Shown: one piece after another, positions 9,103-19,169 of the stretch
How the letters are laid out: each line of letters begins with the position of its first letter
Numbering within the stretch: the first letter of the stretch is position 1
Assembly (NCBI GenBank): GCA_030583845.1
Contig: CP129478.1
Span: 513,835-577,834, forward strand
Reading direction: 5' to 3'
DNA length: 64,000 nucleotides
DNA from: Candidatus Dojkabacteria bacterium
GTDB lineage: Bacteria; Patescibacteriota; Dojkabacteria; SC72; JAHDCA01
Translations under genes and position numbers: made by a program
Notes under the pieces: model-generated
Seen by the model: only the letters and a program-made list of their open reading frames with translations
Told to the model about the DNA's origin: nothing
Database searches by the model: none

Positions 9103-10760
9103 TCGGAGAGTGTCAGACATCGAGAGAACTTTATTAGGATTTAATACGGACACCTCTTCGGCAAAACCCCAACCGCCTGTCTCGGTGCCAAAATCTCATC
9201 ACTCCGCTGATCAGGTACCGGTGTGCGAATATTTCAGGTACCATGATACCCATGCTGCGCCGTGCGAGAATGCAATCGTATGCTCTCCATCACACAGCTG
9301 GAATGTATTCTCAGCTAACATCACTGTGGTGCCGAATCTCGTCCTGATCACAGCTATAACCAACTGACTCGCGAGAAATGCGTCTCCGTTACCATCAGAT
9401 CGACTCCTCCGATGGCAATATGCCTGCCACACGCATTGCACAGGCTCCATCCAGTACCCTCGTTATGCACATAGGTCCATTCTTCCTGATAACTTGAAGG
9501 CTCTTCTGGGTCGCTGAAGACTGGACTGTTTCTATATTCAGAAACACGTTGAGCGACCATCTCGCCTAGAGAACCCCCTGACTCAATCCATACTGACCTC
9601 GATAATTACAATCGACCGTACCCTCCTTTTGGATTTCGGATCGACCACTAATCACCTCGTGATTACTGGAGCTCGAGAATGTGGAGGTAGACTCCCTCCA
9701 TGAGATAAAGGCGTGGTTCCCGGCCTATCCCTTGCTACAGACAGAGTCAGCTTCATCTAATTTAATAACTCCAGCTGTGCATCATATGCTTCCGGAGAAG
9801 ACACCATATATGTACAACCCTCAGCCGCGAATGTCACTCCTCGTGCCGCGCATAACTGAATCAAGTACGCCAGTGTCTTGCTCTTCGGTTGCAGTTACTG
9901 CAAAAACCGACATTCCCATGAGCGGGTAAGAATAGCCAGGAATGATCGAAAACCTCCCAGCTACCATAAGGCTCAACTTGTAAACCGATCCCTCACTGTA
10001 GATAAAGGTACGAAGTAGGATGCCTGTCTCTGCGCATACAGTATCGAGCAACGTACTCATGGCTTCTTGATCAAGCGTGGAGAGCGTGGTTTCTGAGACT
10101 AGGCTCCAGCAACATCAAAAGAAGGCTGTTATATACTCGCTCTAGAGCTCCGAGTCGTGAGACGACATCAGCATGTACTGGAGGGTTGTACTCCTTTGAT
10201 CGGGCTGCAAGAGCTTCAAGATCACCAATTATCTGTTCTGGATGTTCAGGCTCGCCAGAATAAGATTCACCTATCTCGATCAACTACTTCCAATAGCTGA
10301 AGTAGAACCAGTCACATGCTTCACTAATGAAGGATTCTACGACAGGAGTAATCATGGGCCTAGTCCTTCGGCTAGGTCTGTGCACCAACGACCCGATCGA
10401 TCGCCTCTAACTCATCTGGCCCAAGACCGAGGACAGGTTCTGTAGATGCTTCGATCGGTGTGAGATCGACTCTCATCGTATGTTCAACGTCGAGCCGGCG
10501 AAGACGCCCTATCCGGCCAGTAACATACATAAGGCGCACGTTGTCACCAGTGGTTAGTTTATTCAGCTGATCCAGCTTAACGGTTACCCCATACGATCTA
10601 TACTATATACGCTGGGCATAGTCCCAGACGTATCTACTGTTCTAATTATACCTGCAATCCGTTACTTGGACCCAATATGTCTGCCGCCAGTCGACAACCC
10701 TCGACTATCCACACCCACACTCCAGCTATATAATCCCCCAACATAATCTCAATAAGGCTC
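9103..10760. other. about 1.65 kb without an intact gene: only short overlapping ORFs on both strands, consistent with decayed gene(s) or pseudogenes
   Basis: Longest ORFs are 60-99 aa and mutually overlapping; minus-strand fragments (for example 10071-10283 and a continuation interrupted by a TAG near 10390) read like consecutive pieces of one disrupted frame. Confidence 0.35.
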
Positions 10761-10763
10761 AAT

Positions 10764-11474
10764 ATGAACGATATCCACAAAACCCAGCTCGGCATCCTGA
10801 AACAGCTCCTCTTCGCCAAAACCCTTCGCTACTCAGACCTCAAGACCGACCCAGAGCTCGAAAACAACACCTTCCAATTCCACATCGAGAAAATGATGAA
10901 AGAGGGCTACGTTGAGAAAAATGAGAAAGGATATACGCTCACAATGAAAGGGAAAAAGTTTGCGAACCATATCGACACAGACAAAGATAAAGTTGTCGAG
11001 GTGAAAAAGGTCTCCGTGCACATCTATTGCATTCGAGGAGAGGAAGGGAAGGAAGAGCTGCTCTGTTATACCCGACTTAAGCATCCATTCTTTGGCAATC
11101 AGGGAGTACCCAGCGGCAAGGTCGGATATGGCGAAAAGCATGCTGAGGCAGCGGCACGAGAATTAAAAGAGGAGACCAATCTTGAGGGCACACCGCAGCT
11201 ACTTAAAGTGATCCACTACATCGTGAAGGATGAAGATAGTAAAGAAGTTCTGGACGACAAGCTCTTCTTCGATTACTTCTTTATCAATCCCTCTGGCGAG
11301 CTGAAGGGAAGCAGCGAAGGTGAGTATTACTGGGTGCCAGTCACGGAATTGAAGTCGGTCATAAAGAAGCCGTTCAGCAATGTCGAGACATATGAAAGAG
11401 CTGTTGAGAAGATACTAAATTTCGATGGGTGCATAGATTTTGAGGAGTACGAAGATTTTACAAAGGATTTTTAA
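10764..11474 (+). CDS. winged-helix domain fused to NUDIX hydrolase domain
   Basis: N-terminal HTH-like segment (TQLGILKQLLFAKTLRYSDLK...EGYVEK); Nudix box GKVGYGEKHAEAAARELKEETNL (Gly-to-Asn substitution in the box). Confidence 0.6.
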   Translation: MNDIHKTQLGILKQLLFAKTLRYSDLKTDPELENNTFQFHIEKMMKEGYVEKNEKGYTLTMKGKKFANHIDTDKDKVVEVKKVSVHIYCIRGEEGKEELLCYTRLKHPFFGNQGVPSGKVGYGEKHAEAAARELKEETNLEGTPQLLKVIHYIVKDEDSKEVLDDKLFFDYFFINPSGELKGSSEGEYYWVPVTELKSVIKKPFSNVETYERAVEKILNFDGCIDFEEYEDFTKDF

Positions 11475-12388
11475 TGGCAAGATTGTTTGATCAATATATC
11501 GCGGTAGACTGGAGCGCTAGGAGTGTGCCATCTCCCAAGCGTCCGACAGGTGATGCTATCTGGATCGGTGTTAAGTCGTTTGATGAACCAACAGAGGAGC
11601 AATATTTTCAGACAAGATATGAAGCCGAGGAGTGGATCGGGTCTAGATTAGTGAGTGCGGCAGAAGAAGGGATAAGAACCTTGATTGGCTACGATTTCGA
11701 CTTCGGATTTCCTGCTGGTTTCGCGAATGCCGTTGGTGCAAATAATTGGCTTGGGGTATGGGAACTGCTAAACGGGCTAGTAGAAGATAATCAAGATAAT
11801 AGTAACAATCGCTTCAATGTGGCAGATTATCTCAATTCTATATGCACTGTCGCCGAGGAAGCGACCGGCCCGTTTTGGGCAATTCCAAGAGGCACATCCT
11901 ACAAGTATCTATCTGCCAAGAAGGATTTGACCTACCCGTTTATAACTTCGAGCGGTGTGGAATTAAGTGAGAAGAGACTTACCGAACTGAGAGAACCAAA
12001 ATCACAGCCTGTCTGGAAATTGATTGGGAGTGCCAGCGTCGGAGGACAAACGATTTTGGGCATACCGATGCTGCACAGGTTGATTTTCAATGAAAAGCTT
12101 AGAGTGGTCAGCACTATTTGGCCACTCGAGACAGGATTCAACGCTCCATCAAGTGACAAATTGATCTGTCATATTGAGATCTGGCCTGGGATATTTGCTG
12201 GGCGGTTTGTTGGTGAAGCAATCAGGGATCAGGCACAGGTAAGGGCGATAATAGAGTGGTTCGATGAGCTTGATCAATCGGGTGGTCTTGTGAAGTTGTT
12301 ATCGCGGCTGGACAGGTTGAGCGATGATGAGGTGGCAATTTGTGTTGGGGAAGAGGGGTGGATTATCGGGATGGGGCAAAGAAGATAA
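11474..12388 (+). CDS. hypothetical protein
   Basis: 304 aa; N-terminal IAVDWSARS resembles RNase-H-like/DUF429 openings but is not diagnostic. Confidence 0.4.
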   Translation: MARLFDQYIAVDWSARSVPSPKRPTGDAIWIGVKSFDEPTEEQYFQTRYEAEEWIGSRLVSAAEEGIRTLIGYDFDFGFPAGFANAVGANNWLGVWELLNGLVEDNQDNSNNRFNVADYLNSICTVAEEATGPFWAIPRGTSYKYLSAKKDLTYPFITSSGVELSEKRLTELREPKSQPVWKLIGSASVGGQTILGIPMLHRLIFNEKLRVVSTIWPLETGFNAPSSDKLICHIEIWPGIFAGRFVGEAIRDQAQVRAIIEWFDELDQSGGLVKLLSRLDRLSDDEVAICVGEEGWIIGMGQRR

Positions 12389-12398
12389 GTGCAATCCG

Positions 12399-12701
12399 TC
12401 AGTTGTAGTGGACAGTACCCTCATATCTGGCAAGCAGAACAAATCTCCATTTATCTTCTACAACCATTTTATCTTCTACTATCGAGTACAGACGTCCTTC
12501 TTGTGCATCGATCGGTAGATAGTCTGCATATCTTAAATCATTGTTAGAGTCAGGGTCGAGTCTTGTTAGGACATATTCACCACTGTCTGTAAAGCAACAA
12601 TCAACGCGATAAACCCATCCTATGGAGTCTTGTACAAGGTCGCCCACCCCGTAGGCAAATCTCAAACTATTTTCATATGAAGATTTATCGAACTCACTCA
12701 T
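12399..12701 (-). CDS. hypothetical protein
   Basis: 100 aa ORF adjacent to 12704-13258. Confidence 0.35.
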   Translation of the reverse strand: MSEFDKSSYENSLRFAYGVGDLVQDSIGWVYRVDCCFTDSGEYVLTRLDPDSNNDLRYADYLPIDAQEGRLYSIVEDKMVVEDKWRFVLLARYEGTVHYN

Positions 12702-12703
12702 AT

Positions 12704-13258
12704 CTAGACAAGACCCATTAGAACCTGATCAGGAACAGTTACCCCTGGCAATTCAAGGAATTCTACCATAGGTGCTCGCCAGCCTTGAACCCAAGAGGTT
12801 TGTGGAACAATTAGCCCGCTCAACTCGATAAACTGGAACCCTCCATCATATGACCTCTGAAATGTATACTCCTCTGCCAGTTCGCCTGACCTGTACAGTT
12901 CAGTACTTGGGCTGTGAACAAGTGCTATCCCGGGACTATTTCGTCTATACGAGATTATTTGTCTCAATAAGACAATTAACTGATCCTCAAGATTGAAGTA
13001 GACAGCGAGGTTCCTGTGTTCCTCAATCACATTACTGAACGTCATACCGGTTACTAGGTCAATCCCACCCAAGGAAAGCTTGATGTCTCTACTGAGAGAG
13101 TAAGGTGGTTTATGACTTCTTCTGGTTGCCATCTGCCCAGAGAGAAGCAAGCTTTCCTCTGCTTCAGTAATAGAAGAGCAGACAGATCGACTTATATCTG
13201 CTAATCTTCCAATTTCCCCGTAATTTTCCATATCCCAAATTGGCTGTCGATCTTTCAT
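12704..13258 (-). CDS. hypothetical protein
   Basis: 184 aa ORF. Confidence 0.4.
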   Translation of the reverse strand: MKDRQPIWDMENYGEIGRLADISRSVCSSITEAEESLLLSGQMATRRSHKPPYSLSRDIKLSLGGIDLVTGMTFSNVIEEHRNLAVYFNLEDQLIVLLRQIISYRRNSPGIALVHSPSTELYRSGELAEEYTFQRSYDGGFQFIELSGLIVPQTSWVQGWRAPMVEFLELPGVTVPDQVLMGLV

Positions 13259-13295
13259 TGTGTAAACCCATAGTATGGTATAATTATCTCATAAA

Positions 13296-13778
13296 ATGAG
13301 CGATTATTGTATGTCTTATCACGAGGGTAACGAAATAGACCGCCTTGATCAACGAGGCGCAACAGAAGCCCTTCAGCGCGTAATGGTCGAGCACTTTAGT
13401 AGTATTATAGGAAATGACTACGCTATAAATCCAACCGAAAAAGAATTGCTGCGACGATTAGGATATACAGAGGAAACCACCGGTTGGGTTACACCGGAGA
13501 CGCCTGGAGGCATAGATGAAGCGCTTATTAGATTAATTATTACTTACAGTAGTTTAAACTGCTTACAGAGAGTCATAAACACTAGAACCATTGTAGCTGA
13601 AGTCTTTGAGAGTGATTACTTTGAGTGGTCGAAGTACATAGAAATCGAAAAGCTTGCCCTCGAAATAGACCAGGAAGCTTATCTGGAAGAGTATAATGAA
13701 GCTCAATACTTTCTTAAAATGTATAAACTAGCAATCCTTGCCCTCAACGGTCCAGAGCCATCTAGCGAACAGCAGTGA
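13296..13778 (+). CDS. hypothetical protein
   Basis: 160 aa acidic ORF. Confidence 0.4.
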   Translation: MSDYCMSYHEGNEIDRLDQRGATEALQRVMVEHFSSIIGNDYAINPTEKELLRRLGYTEETTGWVTPETPGGIDEALIRLIITYSSLNCLQRVINTRTIVAEVFESDYFEWSKYIEIEKLALEIDQEAYLEEYNEAQYFLKMYKLAILALNGPEPSSEQQ

Positions 13779-13802
13779 GACTAACTCTGATATAATTGCC
13801 AT

Positions 13803-14288
13803 ATGGATAACATTTATAAAGCCTCGCCAAAACACCCATCCCACCTCTCGATCGGCGCGATAGTTATCAACCAGCAAAACCAAGTCCTCTGCAATCATTA
13901 CAGCAAATTCGGTCATCTAGAGGATATCTACACACTGATGACACAGACGCATCAGCCTGGCCTTACCATCGAGCAATCAGTAGCTGCTGGACTGAAGGAG
14001 GAATTTGGAATCGAGCCCGACCTTTCAGCTATGTCATATCTAGGCACGAAAACTTATAAAGATAAATGGTTTGCGGAATCACCGACGATGGTTGAGAAGA
14101 CCGTAGTCTATCTCCTCGTGAGGGTAGGTGATGATGTGCAGCCAGTGGTAGGTGCGGACAATACAGAGGAGGTAACAGCAAAGTGGATTGAAATCAATGA
14201 GCTGGTAAAGAAAATGCAGGAGCAGGGGATTGAGCATGGAGTGAGTTATCTGGATGAGTCAGCCATGTTGAAATTGGCTGTCAATTAA
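13803..14288 (+). CDS. NUDIX-like protein with degenerate Nudix box
   Basis: GLTIEQSVAAGLKEEFGIE retains the EE..G core but not the full GX5EX7REUXEEXGU. Confidence 0.4.
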   Translation: MDNIYKASPKHPSHLSIGAIVINQQNQVLCNHYSKFGHLEDIYTLMTQTHQPGLTIEQSVAAGLKEEFGIEPDLSAMSYLGTKTYKDKWFAESPTMVEKTVVYLLVRVGDDVQPVVGADNTEEVTAKWIEINELVKKMQEQGIEHGVSYLDESAMLKLAVN

Positions 14289-14363
14289 TACGAGATCCGT
14301 TTCATATTCCCCCCACCATCCTGTAAAATAAAGAGAGAATAACTTTGCCTACACCTTACGAAA

Positions 14364-15407
14364 ATGAAGAAGAACCAAATATTTTTCTATCTATTCTTCG
14401 TGCTCATCACAATAGCCACATTCTTCCTAGTTAAACCTTATCTCGTTACAGTTATCCTGGCATTCTTTAGCGCACTGCTCTTCTACCCGATCTATGAGGT
14501 CATCTTAAAGCGAACTAAGAACCGATCAGCTTTGTCGGCAATACTGACACTCTTCGTAGTATTGATAATCATGCTTATTCCGATGACGCTTCTGATTGGC
14601 CTTACATTAAGACAGGTCGCAGAGTTCAAGGACAATATCCTTAGCATCGTTGGTGGGACATCAGTTAACATTGACCAGGTGATTATGGCAGTTAACAACC
14701 TGCTAGACAAGATTCCTGGCGTAGAGGAGGAGCTTACAACAGAAGAGGTTGTGGTATTCGTACAGCAATCATTAAAATCTCTCACTACCTGGCTGCTTGG
14801 CAGCGCGCTGCTTGTTGGAAATAACGCCTTGGAGCTGATTACCAAGTTTATCCTATATGTCACACTACTTCTCACATTCCTGGTTAACAGGGATAAGATT
14901 GTTGATTTCATCATGCATATCAGCCCGATGGACAATAAAGTCGACAGGCTTTACATCAAGCGAGTGAGTGAGATGTCGAAGTCGATGATACTTGGGACAT
15001 TGGCTATATCGGCAGCGCAGGCTGCATCAACTGCGTTGGTGATGTATTTGCTGGGTATACCATACTCGGTGTTCTGGGGTGCGCTAATGACTTTCACAGG
15101 CATCATACCTTTTGTTGGGACGCAGATCGTGTCGGTGCCAGTAGCAATCTTTGAAATTGCCTCGGGAAATATATGGGAGGGTGTGCTCTTGATACTTTTT
15201 GCAATCTTCGTCGTAGGCTTTATAGACAACTTCTTGAGACCGATGCTGGTCACGAAGGAGGCAGAGTTGCATCCGATGTTGACATTGCTCGGCGTACTTG
15301 GGGGGATGAAGCTGTTTGGTGTATTAGGATTTATACTCGGCCCTGTGCTGATGATTATCTTCTACACTACTGTTGAGACCTACCTGAAGTATTATAAGAA
15401 GGCATAG
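14364..15407 (+). CDS. AI-2E family transporter (PerM/YdiK-like)
   Basis: About 8 predicted TM helices; conserved GIIPFVGTQIVSVPVAIF segment typical of the family; 347 aa. Confidence 0.65.
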   Translation: MKKNQIFFYLFFVLITIATFFLVKPYLVTVILAFFSALLFYPIYEVILKRTKNRSALSAILTLFVVLIIMLIPMTLLIGLTLRQVAEFKDNILSIVGGTSVNIDQVIMAVNNLLDKIPGVEEELTTEEVVVFVQQSLKSLTTWLLGSALLVGNNALELITKFILYVTLLLTFLVNRDKIVDFIMHISPMDNKVDRLYIKRVSEMSKSMILGTLAISAAQAASTALVMYLLGIPYSVFWGALMTFTGIIPFVGTQIVSVPVAIFEIASGNIWEGVLLILFAIFVVGFIDNFLRPMLVTKEAELHPMLTLLGVLGGMKLFGVLGFILGPVLMIIFYTTVETYLKYYKKA

Positions 15408-15428
15408 ATAAGTTTAGTTTTTTCAGCT

Positions 15429-15998
15429 ATGTCAAAGTGGTTTTTGCCATTGATTGGGATATTATCGATGGTGGTATTAGCTGCTTCTACGCCGCCTAAA
15501 GCAAGCGCTCTCACATGTGCTATGCCCGACGTGGATGCGAGTTATGAAGCAGCGGAGCTAGTATTTGAAGGTAGGGTCACAGACGTTGAGTATTCGCTAC
15601 TGCGTGCGACATTGCAAGGTAGGGCAGAGAGAACTGAGTTTGAGGTTATTCGAACGTGGAAAGGTGATGTCGGTGAGGATGGCAAAGTGGAGCTGGTGCA
15701 AGGAGATGAAGAAATCACTTGGGGATATTCATTTGCTGAGGGTCAGACATATACAGTATTTGCTGTTATGGAGGATGGCGACCTGAAGTTACCACTTTGT
15801 GGGATGTACTTCTCGAGTCCGTATGATGGAGAAGAGTATTACAAGATTTTCACTGAAGTGTATGGTGATGGAGAGATATTAGATGCAACTGTAAATGCAG
15901 GTAATCGAGACATGGATCAGCTGCTAAATCTTGGAGGGTTCCTCCTTATAACAACGCTGTTCTTCGGTGCTGCCGCACTATATCTACGTCGACGATAG
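15429..15998 (+). CDS. secreted protein with C-terminal membrane anchor (possible NTR/TIMP-like fold)
   Basis: N-terminal signal peptide, CAMPDVDASYEAAELVFEGRV resembling the TIMP-like N-terminus, C-terminal hydrophobic helix then RRR. Confidence 0.35.
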   Translation: MSKWFLPLIGILSMVVLAASTPPKASALTCAMPDVDASYEAAELVFEGRVTDVEYSLLRATLQGRAERTEFEVIRTWKGDVGEDGKVELVQGDEEITWGYSFAEGQTYTVFAVMEDGDLKLPLCGMYFSSPYDGEEYYKIFTEVYGDGEILDATVNAGNRDMDQLLNLGGFLLITTLFFGAAALYLRRR

Positions 15999-16079
15999 AT
16001 ACAAATCTGACGGCTTGGGTAGATGTTAAACTGCTCTAATGCTGTTATAATCGGCTAATTACTTGTTATAACTACCGCC

Positions 16080-17210
16080 ATGACAGACCCACGCAATACA
16101 GAACTCGCCCGAGTATTTGTCGAGCACTCGATGAGAGTCCAGCCGAAGGATAAGGTAGTTATCTCAGCCTCTGACCTGATCCCTATCGACATCATCCGAG
16201 AGACTTACAAGCTTTGCCTGCAGAAAGGCGCATATGTATATCTCGATATCATGGGGTTTAATTTCTTCTTGGATCGCTCGAGCTACGGTGATTTAGTACG
16301 TACCTTTTATGACAACGCCTCCGAGGATCAGTTCAACAACCCTCCAGAGATTTACAAGGCAATCTCAGAATGGGGTGATAAATATATCCGCATAACCTCG
16401 CTCGACAACTACTCACATCTTGCCGGTGTCGACCCTGTGAAGCTTCAGTGGCGGGCAAAAGCCTCGGACAAGTGGTTTCACCACATTATTGACGAGAAAG
16501 ATTGGGTGCTTACCTACTACCCAACCGAGGCGATGGCACAGCAGGCAGGCATGTCTATGAGTGATCTACTCGATTTCTACTTTAATGCAACCAATGTCGA
16601 CTACGATGCGATGGAGAAAGATGGTGACAGGATTGTGAAGCTAATGGATAAGGCTAATACTGTTCGAATCATTGGCGAAAAGACCGACCTCACAATCGAC
16701 ATCACCGGCCGTCTCGCCAAGAACGCCGCCGGAAGTCGCAACGTCCCAGATGGTGAGGTTTTCCTCGCTCCAGTACATACAAATACAACTGGCCATATAT
16801 ACTACGACCTACCTTTTGCCCGCAACGGTGGTGAGATCGAGGGTGCATATCTGGAATTTAAGGATGGTAAAGTGGTGAATGCTTCTGCCGAGAAGGGTGA
16901 GGCAATTTTGATGGGCGGTCTGGATACGGATGAGGGTGCTCGATATCTCGGCGAGCTTGGAATCGGCCTCAACTACGGTATCCAGCGCGTCATGAAGAAC
17001 ACAATGTTTGACGAGAAGATCGGTGGCACAGTTCATGTAACTCTCGGTAAAGCATATGTGACCGAGCGCGGTGGCAATCCTGACCCTGCTACTCAAAATA
17101 AATCGGCTATTCACTGGGATCTGGTAAAGGATATGCGAAAGCCAGGAAGTCGAATCGAGGTCGATGGAAAGGTAATGTTTGAGGATGGTAAGTGGGCTAC
17201 CAACCAATAG
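16080..17210 (+). CDS. M29-family aminopeptidase (AmpS/PepS-like)
   Basis: Length 376 aa, N-terminal ELARVFVEHSMRVQPKDKVVI, NVPDGEVFLAPV (M29 PxxEVFTAP-like). Confidence 0.6.
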   Translation: MTDPRNTELARVFVEHSMRVQPKDKVVISASDLIPIDIIRETYKLCLQKGAYVYLDIMGFNFFLDRSSYGDLVRTFYDNASEDQFNNPPEIYKAISEWGDKYIRITSLDNYSHLAGVDPVKLQWRAKASDKWFHHIIDEKDWVLTYYPTEAMAQQAGMSMSDLLDFYFNATNVDYDAMEKDGDRIVKLMDKANTVRIIGEKTDLTIDITGRLAKNAAGSRNVPDGEVFLAPVHTNTTGHIYYDLPFARNGGEIEGAYLEFKDGKVVNASAEKGEAILMGGLDTDEGARYLGELGIGLNYGIQRVMKNTMFDEKIGGTVHVTLGKAYVTERGGNPDPATQNKSAIHWDLVKDMRKPGSRIEVDGKVMFEDGKWATNQ

Positions 17211-17246
17211 CGCATTGTAAGTTAGCGACATGAGGTATAATGGGAA

Positions 17247-17843
17247 ATGGGCTTAACGCAATTTATACCGAAGAGGGATAAGAATGACCGACTACCACCC
17301 GGCCAGTATCTTACCGACGACTTTCCCATACTCTCATACAGTCTCACCCCGGAAGTTTCAGCAGCAGATTGGCGGCTGGAGATTGCAGGGGTAGCCAAGC
17401 CTCACTCTCTCAGCCTAGATGAACTAATAAAGCTGGGAGAGGCGGAGTTCCAGGCTGATATACATTGCGTCACGAAGTGGTCTAAACTTGATACGAACTG
17501 GAAAGGTGTTAGCTTAGATAAAATTATCGAAATATCCGAGGTTAGCCCAGATGCTGCCTATCTGATTGCATACTCCTACGATGATTACACCACCAATTTA
17601 CCGCTTATAGATTTACGTGACGGGAAAGCATTCATAGCATATGAATATAACGGTAAGCCGCTCGATGCAACCCACGGAGGACCTGTAAGATTGGTTGTAC
17701 CGCACCTATATTTCTGGAAGAGTGCGAAATGGCTGAAGAAAATTGAGTTTACGAAAGGTGACCAGCAAGGTTTCTGGGAAAGGCACGGTTATCATAATTA
17801 TGGTGATCCGTGGAAAGAGCAGAGATACAATTCAGATATATAG
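17247..17843 (+). CDS. sulfite-oxidase-family molybdopterin-binding oxidoreductase (short YedY/MsrP-like)
   Basis: DIHCVTKWSKLDTNWKGVSL matches the Moco-binding Cys region of the sulfite oxidase family. Confidence 0.6.
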   Translation: MGLTQFIPKRDKNDRLPPGQYLTDDFPILSYSLTPEVSAADWRLEIAGVAKPHSLSLDELIKLGEAEFQADIHCVTKWSKLDTNWKGVSLDKIIEISEVSPDAAYLIAYSYDDYTTNLPLIDLRDGKAFIAYEYNGKPLDATHGGPVRLVVPHLYFWKSAKWLKKIEFTKGDQQGFWERHGYHNYGDPWKEQRYNSDI

Positions 17844-17877
17844 CCCCAAATAAAGTGCAGAACCGAAACGCAACCAC

Positions 17878-18604
17878 GATGAATAGGTGGCAAGAAGCGA
17901 AATTAATAGAATCAAGCTACACCTCCAGGATGATGAAGTCGTTCAAATTTGAGCTTGAGCGACCGTTTGATTTCTTGCCTGGACAGTTCTGCGATATAAA
18001 GCTTACCAGTGCGGACGGTGTAGAAGCGACCAGAAGCTACTCCATCGCCTCAGCGCCAGGCGGAAAGTTAATTGAGTTTGGTATCCAGATACTTGAGGAT
18101 GGAGAGGTCTCGGGACATATGGATAAGATGGAGCCAGGGGATACTGTCCAGCTGCTTGGGCCGCTTGGTGGCTATTTCGTCTGGGATCCCGATCTTTCCG
18201 GGGGTCGAGAGATACTACTAATCGGTGGCGGTAGCGGAATCGTGCCTTTGGTAAGCATGATACGCCATAGGGTGAGGCTCGGACAAGGGAGTAAACTGTA
18301 TGCGTTATTCAGCGTGCGGTCGCTTCAGGATCTCGCATGGCGTGATGAGATTGTAGGGTATAGCTTATTGGAGCATGATGCTGGTGTGAGAGTCGCAGTA
18401 ACATTGAGTCGTGAGTGGGAAGATGATTGGGGAGGGGATGTTGGTAGAATTGATACAGAGAAAATCGAGCGATTGCTGAAAGATGTGAATGTTTCGAACT
18501 TAGATACCTATATATGTGGACGGTCAGAATTTGTGGAGAGTGTTGGCTCATCCTTGAAAAGCATCGGTGTGAAGGAAGCAATAAGGACTGAGAGGTTTGG
18601 ATAA
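17878..18604 (+). CDS. ferredoxin-NADP reductase-like FAD/NAD(P)-binding oxidoreductase
   Basis: RSYSIAS (RxYS FAD motif), LIGGGSGIVP (NAD motif); partner of the upstream Moco oxidoreductase; start at ATG 17878 (track ORF 17810). Confidence 0.6.
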
Positions 18605-18610
18605 ACTGGA

Positions 18611-19150
18611 CTACCGTTTTGAATAAATCGCTACTCTCTTAAACAATGCCTTTACTGAATGCGAGACTCTTCTGATCCCGCGTGGATCTTCATTAAAATA
18701 TAGCCTAATAGCCTTCAACCTGCTCTCGAGGTCGCCCACCTGGTAGTCATATTTGGCTTCTGCGGGAATCAAGCCAGGCTTCTCGCTAATTAGCTTGATC
18801 TTCAGGTCGTGCGGCAATAGCTCGAATTCTTCAACCATAAATGGTCGTACTCCGAGGAGTTGCATGTCGCGTTTGACAAAGATATTCCACAGTTGGGGAA
18901 TTTCATCGAGCCCGCTTTTTCGCAAGAAAGACCGGAATGGGGTGATATGCTTGGCCTCTTCTGGGTCGATTAGGCCAGAGAGAGAGAGCAGGTGATCTCT
19001 TCCCCCTCCTGGGAGGTCAGGGATAGTTCGAAGCTTGTATATTCTAATAATCTTGCGACCTTTACCTGTCGCGTCACGGGCGTAGATAAACCCCTTTGGC
19101 GACGGCCTTTGCCGTTGTCCTTTGTATTTACGCATGATATAATCGCGCAA
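18611..19150 (-). CDS. sugar transferase (Bac_transf/WbaP C-terminal domain family)
   Basis: KIIRIYKLRTI, DEIPQLWNIFVKRDMQLLGVRP signature; no N-terminal TM helix in this ORF. Confidence 0.6.
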   Translation of the reverse strand: MRDYIMRKYKGQRQRPSPKGFIYARDATGKGRKIIRIYKLRTIPDLPGGGRDHLLSLSGLIDPEEAKHITPFRSFLRKSGLDEIPQLWNIFVKRDMQLLGVRPFMVEEFELLPHDLKIKLISEKPGLIPAEAKYDYQVGDLESRLKAIRLYFNEDPRGIRRVSHSVKALFKRVAIYSKR

Positions 19151-19169
19151 TTAATTCAGCCTATTATAT

